A stretch of 58,359 bases of DNA, taken from positions 1 through 58,359 of the forward strand of contig JAHBMJ010000056.1 of assembly GCA_018398765.1 (NCBI GenBank), read 5' to 3'. How positions within the stretch are numbered: the first letter of the stretch is position 1; each line of letters opens with the position of its first letter. Below are positions 49,637 to 58,359 of the stretch, one piece after another. The stretch is from Chromera velia (Eukaryota). The position numbers and the translations under genes are program-made. The notes beneath the pieces were generated by a model. It was not told where the DNA came from, made no database searches, and saw nothing but the letters and a program-made list of their open reading frames with translations.

Positions 49637-51989
49637 TCAGTCTTCAAAGTCAATTTCATCAAACCCTGAGGCTTTTCGAAGGCCGTTGTAGTGTTCGGCG
49701 GCCAACTCCGCGCATCGTTCTTTACAGTGTGTTTCTGCATGAAAACACGGGCCACAGAAGAGTTTTAGAGGATCAGATTGTCGCCAGGGTTGCTTCGAAT
49801 CCTCTACGTGGCAGGCGAATCTACAAGCACAACAATTACCTGTATAGTCTCCTCTAAAAGAAATCAGAACGTCAGTCTCGTTCAGAGGAGCCAGAGTTGC
49901 GTCAGGCGATTGCCCTGCAATCTTCTCCATCTCTTTCAGTTGCACTGCAAAGTATGAATAAATGAAGTCACAGGTGTTCTGCTTTTTTTTTCAGCAATAC
50001 AAAAAGCACAAAAGCCAGCTGTTCGGTGTCCTGACATTCCGGTCTTGGCATCTTCTTGTAGCACTGGCAATTGCAAGGCTTCCGTATGCCGTCAGACTGC
50101 TTGGAAAGGAAGTCGTCGAGATCATCGCCCAGCTCAATGGACTCCTCGTATGCGGTATGGATAGGAGATTCAATGGGAGGGCCCTCCCCAACGACTCCAT
50201 CGAGCTCCTCGTCATAGTCGGGGCAGTCCTGTTAATAAAAGGGGAAAGAGCAAAGCCCGTCTTCGTGCGTCAAAGCCGTGTGAAATCGGTCAGCTTGGAT
50301 AGGGGTCAAGCTCACCTTTGGATAGGGATTCGCGTCGTCGAAGCTCGACAGCTGCGGAGGAATCAGATGCGTTTTCGCGAAGCTGGCGAACGAACAGAAC
50401 GGCGGAATGCTTGGCGAAGTGCAGTCGCCGGACACGTCCCCGAACCTGTGGCAAGCCAGGGAGGCAGAGATTCGAGAGGTATGCGCGAAGCTGTTCCCCT
50501 GCTTGCTTTTTGAAGCGGCCAAGAAAGACAGACGCACCAAAAACCAGGACATGCGGCGACAGCGAGCAGACAGCCAGTGATGCACGGGGGCATGCTCTCC
50601 ATGAAGGAACTTCCAATCGGGAGTGGACAAGCCCGAAATGTTGCAGCACATTGAAGGCCCAGGTAAGCTTTGGCACATCTGATGTAAGTCTCGTCATCCG
50701 TGCGCCCTGCCTTCGACGCGTAGAGGGAAGGGAAGGAATCGATGATTCCTCCCATCCTCTTATCGTTCACATCTCCCATCACGAAGTCCGGCGCCTGCAT
50801 AAACGACCGAGGCTTGGTCCCTTTGAAATGTGCCGAGTGAGCCATGAGGAGGCAGAATGCACGACTCAGCAGCACGAGGGCCTGGAACTCACCACGATGG
50901 GATAAAGAACTGAGCCCAGGCACTGACTGCCGGTCAGCTCTGGGAGGCAGGGGAGTGGGCGGTTGTACCAACTGCACTGATGGGAAGGCAGGATTTCTGA
51001 GTTCCGCGTCTGCTCTAAACAATGAATGGAGAGCAGAGGCCGCTGGAATTACATTGGTGGAGGGATGAGAGGAGGAACGACGTCCACGACGGTGGCGACA
51101 GTAGCCTGAGTCAGCCCTTTGTTCAAGTCAGCGCCTGCTTGCTGTGCCGCTCCTGCAGAGAGTGACACCCAAGTTTCGTTTTTCTCTTGAAGTTCATGGT
51201 CATGTGCGCTCGTGCGGAAGCAATGCCGACTCCCGACCTGCTCCACCTGCAGCAGCTGCTCCAGGGGACTGTGCATTCTGCGCATTGTTGATGGCAGAAG
51301 ATGCCGTGCCCCTGCGATAAGACAGATTCAAAAACTCGATCACCTCGAAACTTTTTGTAGCCTGCAAATTGTGGGCAGGGGACTGACCCATTGTTGAGGG
51401 CTGCCGGTCCCCCTGGTGCCGGAGCCACGCTTCCTTCCGGCCCGGAGCCTGTCAAACCAAAAAATGGCCCATTCATCAGGTGCTTAATGGCATTCATCAT
51501 TCAGGGCTGGAGCAACCCACTCCGTTCGAAAAAGCCTGACCAGTCTTGCCCTCCTTCTTGCGCTCGCAGTGGGGACTCGTGTTGTCTTGTCGTGGTGCAT
51601 GAGATGCGAAGCGGATTTCAGTCAAATTTAACTGGGTGGCCTCCGCCATGGCTTTGTTGTACTGCACGAAAGCGATGGGCTCGATCGGGTGTAGACGTCA
51701 AAAGACGCTTTTCTTTGGAACGGACTCTCGGGAAACTCCTCTATGATTATTAATATACCTGTAGGGCTGGAAATTGAGAAGAGGCAAGCTGGTAGATCCG
51801 ACTCGCGTTGCCAAGGTCGACATTGGAGTGGAATCTCTCAGCAAAGAACTCAAAATCCCTTTGCTGGTCAAAGGACTCGAAGATCCTCTTTACTCTCTTC
51901 ACTTGCTCGGCCGATCTCGAGTGCTTGATTTTGAGTGCTGCTGAGCAAAGGCCAGCCAGCAGAAAGAGGGCCCGCCAGAGGCATCCCAT
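49637..51989 (-). CDS. Secreted Cys-rich protein of unknown function, short introns
   Basis: Signal peptide MGCLWRALFLLAGLCSAA. The penultimate exon DCPDYDEELDGVVGEG...KPCNCQCYKKMPRPE splices in phase to the last exon (49945-49637), which contains GNCCACRFACH...LFCGPCFHAETHCKERC. Middle exons are not resolved. Confidence 0.55.
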
Positions 51990-52717
51990 TTCTTTTGTTT
52001 TGGGCCCGCCAGAGAAAGGAAATCAGCTGGGTCGGCCAGGTTTTACGAAATCAACAGATCATTTTGACTTCGACGGTTACGCAGTTCATTCCATGAGAGA
52101 AACGAAATCAACTGAATCGGCAGCCCTTCCTGCCTGCCTGACTGTCCGACGGGCTGTCTGCATGACTGCATGTGTCAGATCGATCACTGCACTGATCGAG
52201 GGCAGAGGACAAGACGTCGATTGATCGATCTGCGTTGCAACATATATATATATATATATGCATGTTGCATGCATGCGACCAATTGCAGTGTTGCAAGCAT
52301 GCTTTCAGCTCGATCGCGCGCGGTGTCGCCTCGAGGCCGCGGGCCCTAGCTCCGAGGCGTCATCTATATATGAATATATAGCTGTATCGCGTTCGATCAT
52401 GCATTTTTCGTACGCGTGTTTTTCAAAAACTGCACGCGTGTATATATTTGTCTGTGCCATGCATATTACGAATATACGGGGTCGGAACCAATTGTAGCTG
52501 CTCGTGCGTTCTCTTCAACGGCAAGGTCCTGCAGTCTGCTGCAGAATGTGTGAGTGTGAGTGGCAGAGCTTCACGCCCGGTCTGCGTCCGTCCTTCCGTT
52601 GAATTACCGACAGGATCGCCACTCTGACAGATCCACGCGCGTACACAGTACGCCGTATCCAAAACACTCACGAACTCCATCAACTGATCTTCCCCTGCCA
52701 CTGAATTGGGGCACAAG
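51990..52717. promoter_or_regulatory. Bidirectional promoter region (secreted protein / calpain)
   Basis: TGCATGCATGC cluster at ~52258-52300, GGCCGCGGGCCCT at 52335, and CACGCG/ACGCGT words. Confidence 0.55.
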
Positions 52718-54287
52718 ATGGGGTGTTGCAAGAATCCTGGCCCCAAGAAGGAGGACAAATGCTGGGTGAAGATTCTTAAGTACATTTTCTGCTGTGTGAG
52801 TCATGGACTTTCGCGTGCCTCGAAGACAGCAACACTGCACGCATTTCATTTTCGGCATTCGTGGTGCCGCCATTAGCCTCTGCGTGCCTGCCTGGCCATG
52901 CGTTTTGCGACCTTGTTCTTGCCTACGTCTTTACCTGAAGAGGTGTTGACTTGTTGGCTGTCTTCCCTGTCTGTTTGTCTATCTGTCCGTTCGTATATGG
53001 TCTCTATGTATGTCTGTATGATGCACTCACATGCAGTGTGTATATATGTGTCTACATGTCATGAAGAAGGTGAGAGATCTAGCGACGTGGTCTGCGCTTC
53101 TATCGAGCCATGTGCCTGTTTGCGTAGTCAGACCACACAGACTGTGTGTTCACATATGTTTATCTGTCTCTGTCGGACCCACGTCTTTCTTTCTTTCCCT
53201 TGTACTGTTCTGCCTTATGGTGTGCCTGCCTTTCCCGGTGAACTGATGTATCTGCTTCCCTGCCAGGCGATTAGACCAACCAATCATTTGTCGTTATCTA
53301 TGTTTTGATATGCTTCTGTGTGTGTCTATAAGTCTGTGTCTGTATCGACTTGCCAGTCTGTTTGTCGGCTTGTCTGGCTGTTGGTCTGCATGCATGGCCG
53401 TTTTCTGGCTCCCGTGCATGGGTTCCTATTTGACTTAGGGCAAGAAACGCAGGGATCGTATGGTATGCCTCGCTGTTTACGTGTCTTTGACTTTTCCTCT
53501 TTGTTCTGCAGTGGTTCGACATGTGGGACGGAAAGGCATGCATCATCTATCAGATCATTTTCTGCCCCATCGTGCTCACGTTCCACGCAATCCGCATCTT
53601 CTGCTGTGGGTGTTTGAGAGCCTACTGCGACAGAATGGGAGCAGGACTTTGCAGGTGAGCTGCCGCAGCCGGTTTTTCTTATGCTGTCAGGGTCTCTGAA
53701 CTTGTCAAGAAATTTTGCCCGTACGTGCAGAGAGGACGTCGAATGCGAATTTGTCCAACCGACTATCTGATTTTCAACCAGGGTATGCATGCGCTGACAA
53801 AATTGCCCCTTTCCTTTGTGCAGGTGCTTTTGCTCCTGCTGCTACATGTACACCGACAAGAAGTTTCCTCCCAATGACCAGTCTCTTGGAGAATCGAGAC
53901 CGGACATCGAGTGGAAGAGAGGCACAACCATAGAGGAGGGCAAGCACAAGGGGGAGAGGCGTTCTCTGTTCGACAAGGATCCAGAACCGTCTGACATCTA
54001 CCAGGGGGGACTGGGAGACTGCTGGCTGTTGTCTGCTATGTCCTCGGTGTGTCTGATTCCAGGTGCGATCAGGCGACTGTTCCTGACAAAAGAGAGGAAC
54101 CCTAGAGGTAGATACGTGCTCAGACTTTATGATGTCAACAAGCACAAGTGGGTGAGACTCGCTATCGACGACTACATTCCCTGCAAGTCGGTAGCAATAC
54201 TCATTTGTTCTTTGACCATGAGAGAGAAATCGACGTCGGAAATGGGGCAAACAGGAAATTGCACTCGCTGAAAAATACGCACGCACG

Positions 54288-54342
<55 letters not shown>

Positions 54343-54349
54343 GCACACA

Positions 54350-54388
<39 letters not shown>

Positions 54389-55590
54389 GCGGGGAGGGGG
54401 GGGGGAGAGGAAGAAGCGTACGCCATGCTTTTTCATGCTGCTTGACGGGCTTTCTTTGGTAATGCGTGTCTCTCGGAAAGACTTCGGACAGAAACTTTGT
54501 TTTCGACATTTCCTGACAGTTGCTCACAGACCGACGAAATGTGCATGTTTTTCCCCCAAGATGTCATCTTTTCGACTCTTCGACCTTTCTTAAATTCCTT
54601 TTCCCTCTCTTGAGATCATATCATGCAGACGCGGTCCAGGTTTTCAGCCGGCGTTCGCTCAGGTGAAGGACAACGAACTCTGGGTGCTCCTGCTTGAGAA
54701 GGCATTCGCACGCATGTATGGGAGGTAAGTCAGTGGCTTTCCTCCATCTCTTATGGTCATCAATCGACATGCCTGTTTTTCAACAGCTGAGGCATCGATC
54801 CTCATCGATACGCCCCCGCCCAAGTAGCATCATCAGCTCAGAAAATTTCAATCTGCGGCTCTTGACGGGCGGTTGAAATTTTGGTGAATCACATTCTGAG
54901 GACGAAGGACGCTCCACTGTGCTTCAGACCACCTTGGGAAAAGGATGTGCAAAAGGATGAGGAGAAAAAGGAAGAGAGAGAGAGAAAAAGTGACAGGTAG
55001 GGATAGCCACAACCCACACACATTCATGTATACGTACACACATGCACACCACGCACACGCAAACGCAGAGCACAGAGCACTCCCCTCTTTCCCTGGTTCC
55101 CTCCCTGTGCAGTTATGCCAAGATTGAAGGAGGCATGCCTTCCCAGGCAGTACAGAGCACTCCCCTCTTTCCCTGGTTCCCTCCCTGTGCAGTTATGCCA
55201 AGATTGAAGGAGGCATGCCTTCCCAGGCAGTACAGAGCACTCCCCTCTTTCCCTGGTTCCCTCCCTGTGCAGTTATGCCAAGATTGAAGGAGGCATGCCT
55301 TCCCAGGCAGTACAGAGCACTCCCCTCTTTCCCTGGTTCCCTCCCTGTGCAGTTATGCCAAGATTGAAGGAGGCATGCCTTCCCAGGCAGTACAGAGCAC
55401 TCCCCTCTTTCCCTGGTTCCCTCCCTGTGCAGTTATGCCAAGATTGAAGGAGGCATGCCTTCCCAGGCAGTACAGAGGATGTTGGGGGGGGACTTCGTGA
55501 TCACCTTCTCTCCTGAACAGAACGGCATGGTATGGGCACGGGGGCCTCAGGAGAAGAAGACAGAGAAGGAAATGTTCGATATCGTCGCGT

Positions 55591-55629
<39 letters not shown>

Positions 55630-58044
55630 TCTTTCTCTCTGTTTCCCTTGCCCTCAGGCTTTCTCTCCCGAATCCCTTCCGTCTTCGCCTCTCTCCGTGC
55701 TTCCCCTTGAATGACCAAATCTCTTGTACAGAACATGAAATTCTTTTCTCTGACTGCCTTTTGCTCCACCAGCGCTTGCCGGGCTCTTCTCGAACTTACC
55801 GTGGGACTGACAAATCGTCTGACTGCCCGGGCCCGATCTTGAGCGACCATGGGATAAGAGGGGCGCCTAGTCCCCGTATTCTATCCACGATCTTCCGATG
55901 TCTTGCACGTGCCTCGGGGCATGTAATCTTTCCTCATTGGACATCCATCTGATTCTACTCCAGACGTACCCTCCGTGACTGTCCCTTGTGACCTGCAGAT
56001 ACTACTTGAGGAAGAAGACTGTAGTCTCCTGCTGGACTCACGCACAGGTGAGTGAGTAGCTGGATGGTTGAATTTCTTTTTCTCGTGGGAGGCATCAACA
56101 GTCCTCAGCTTTGGTTTTTGGGGGGCGGGTGTCGATGCGCTAATTGCACTTTGATATATCATTAGTCTTGTCATTTGAAGGTCTGGGGAAATTATTTTCA
56201 GATTTTGAGGGAACGGTCCTGTTTCTGTCTGTGAACAAACTCCTACGCACTGTGGTCCCGCGTCAAGGTGTGTACCTCCGTGTGTGCATGAGCTTGAGTG
56301 AACAGAAGTGGATGTGCCTGCATGCTTTCTTTTTCCTGCAGGGTCAGCACGAAGTGGACCAGCTGGGCATCGTGTCCGGGCACGCCTATGCTATTCTCAA
56401 CGCCCGTCAGTTTGGGAAGATCCGCCTTGTCCGGTGCCGCAACCCTTGGGGCAAAGGGGAGTGGAAGGGGGCCTGGTCAGTCCTTTTTTCCTTTTTTCTG
56501 TCTTTCTTTTTTGTTTTTGTGGCAGATCTTATGTGTCTATGATGAGGTTTACGCGAATGAAGACGATAATCTTAAGAGAGGAAAATAGAGCAAGGCAGCA
56601 AAATATTGCGAGATCTGGACCCTCCCACGGAGGCTTGTTTTTGTCTGTCGCCGAGAATCAGCGATTCAAAAAGAGAAGACTTCGCCTTATTCTCCTCCAG
56701 ACTCGTTCTCTTCCCTTCCTACCCTCTTCCCCCCCCGCCCCCCTTCTCTCTCTCTCTCTCTCTCTCTCTCTGACGCACGCACGGACGGAGAGGGAAGCCG
56801 AATGGTACGATCGAGCGAATGCAGCAATGAATGCAACGATATGCATGATGCACACATGAATCCACTATCAGACCCTTTCTCTCTCCTGATGTCTGCCTCA
56901 CGGAACGTTTTGTTCTTTGGCAACGGAACCAGCGGAAATAATGGTTTTCTTACGAACTCGGTCCTTGCTTATCTCACTCAATCCTGTGTGTCTATGTGCA
57001 GGTCCGACCACTCCACTTTTTTCTTTTTCTGTATGAAAGTAAACGCAAAACGATCTCACTCAATCCTGTGTGTGTGTCTATGTGCAGGTCCGACCACTCC
57101 ACTTTTTTCTTTTTCTGTATGAAAGTAAACGCAAAACGATCTCACTCAATCCTGTGTGTGTGTCTATGTGCAGGTCCGACCACTCCACCCAATGGCGCGA
57201 GCACCCCGAGATTGCCAGGAAACTCCGTGCGAGGGAGGCGAAGGAAGACGGTGCCTTCTGGATGTCCTGGGAGGACTTCACACGCGTGTGGGGGGGCATT
57301 GAGGTGGTCGACAACGCCTCGAACATCTGGACACTCGGGTACTCCCCCGTGGGCAAGGAGGGAGCGGTGGGTCATTCTGCGTTAATTGTGTTGAAAGAAG
57401 ATATGGTTCTTGTTGCCATTGATGTGTGGATGGATGTTGATTGTTTTTGAATCAGAAAGTCATATAGTAGTTGAAAGTAAGTCCGTCGCGCTTTCATTTT
57501 TTTGAGAATTTGGTTGATTGTTCAAGCACTTTGCAAAGGATTGATAGTCAGTATATGAGAGCTCCAGTTCCGTTATGTGGACAGAAAACGTGGATGGAAG
57601 CCCGACTGTGAGAAGATGTTTGGTTGTGATGAATTGCCTCCTTTTTTTCCCTGTCTGACTCTCCTTGTCGTTTCTTTTATACTCTTCTCCTTCATAGATT
57701 GTTTCGGTGGAGCTTACTTTTCTTTCTTTCTTTTTTTCTTTCTTGACCACTTAATTTCATTTTCCATTTCTGTTTTCTTGTGCTTCCCCACAATTTCCTC
57801 ACACACTTAATTGTCCCTGCAGTGCTGCGGCCCGTTCCTGGGGTGGCTGAAGGGCTGCACCTTCTTCTGGTGTCTGTGTCAGGGCCTCTGGAGACTCTTC
57901 TGCTGGAAGGACGCCTCAAAGGAGACAGCCAAGGTGACCAAGTGCTGCTGTGGCAGCTGCACACTCGGACCTGGCTGCTACTGGCATTCGTCCATCTGCG
58001 GGTCAGTCACTCAATCTTGTATCAGCCCGTCAATCGGTCAATGA
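52718..58044 (+). CDS. Calpain-family (peptidase C2) cysteine protease with MGCC N-terminus; 3' end uncertain
   Basis: Exons 52718-52795, 53512-53654, 53824-54186, 54629-54724, 55433-55588, 55999-56047, 56342-56475, 57174-57366 and 57823- splice in frame. Catalytic motifs IYQGGLGDCWLLSAM, GHAYAIL and RNPWG; also ELWVLLLEKAFARMYGSY and DGAFWMSWEDF. Confidence 0.92.
55072..55477 (+). repeat. 5 x 80-bp perfect tandem array spanning a calpain 3' splice site
   Basis: Acceptor AGs at 55111, 55191, 55271, 55351 and 55431. Units are bounded by an ACAGAG microhomology. Confidence 0.95.
56971..57188 (+). repeat. 3-copy, 86-bp-period array of a calpain 3' splice site plus 15 exon nt
   Basis: TATGTGCAG|GTCCGACCACTCCAC begins at 57002, 57088 and 57174; only the last continues as exon. 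Confidence 0.93.
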
Positions 58045-58359
58045 GTCACTCAGGCAGTCCGTTGGTCAGTCACTCAAACAGTCAGTCAGCCAGTCAGTCA
58101 CTAATTCAGTCTGTCAGCCAGTCACTCAGTCAGTCAGTCACTCATTCAGCCAGCAAGGCTGCTTTACGTACATGGAAGAACTCTCTCTATTTCCGTTCTC
58201 CGTCTCAACACAGATGCCCCTGCAGTCTGGTCGACACACTGTGTGACGATTTTGGCGTTTGACTCATTCCCGCGTGTCTTACTGTTGCTCCCTCAGCCTA
58301 GTCCTTCCTGTCCCGTAGACTGGTTTTCCTTTTCTTGCTTGCAATTGTTGTGACCTCCC

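Overview
Eukaryotic nuclear DNA. It is intron-rich with GT-AG introns, mostly TGCAG acceptors, introns packed with microsatellites, and TGCATGCA-rich promoters. Gene content and style suggest an alveolate of the apicomplexan/chromerid group (inference). Nine protein-coding genes can be reconstructed by hand, alternating strictly in strand: secreted L-domain-like protein (+), small secreted Cys protein (-), 52-aa membrane microprotein (+), metallophosphoesterase with a ricin-B-like domain (-), mitochondrial ribosomal protein L17 (+), divergent organellar IF2 (-), CRMP-like multipass Cys-repeat protein (+), secreted Cys-rich protein (-), and a dually acylated calpain (+). AT/TpA-rich repeat islands lie in every convergent intergenic gap and contain a ~0.6 kb tandem duplication and two copies of a 376-bp TA-flanked MITE. 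A nested inverted-repeat element lies at the window start. The two most notable signals are: (1) copies of repeats differ almost only by CpA/TpG<->TpA transitions, a signature resembling fungal RIP in an apparently non-fungal genome; (2) four independent tandem arrays that multiply splice junctions inside two genes. Exon boundaries were inferred by eye from reading-frame continuity and are unverified.
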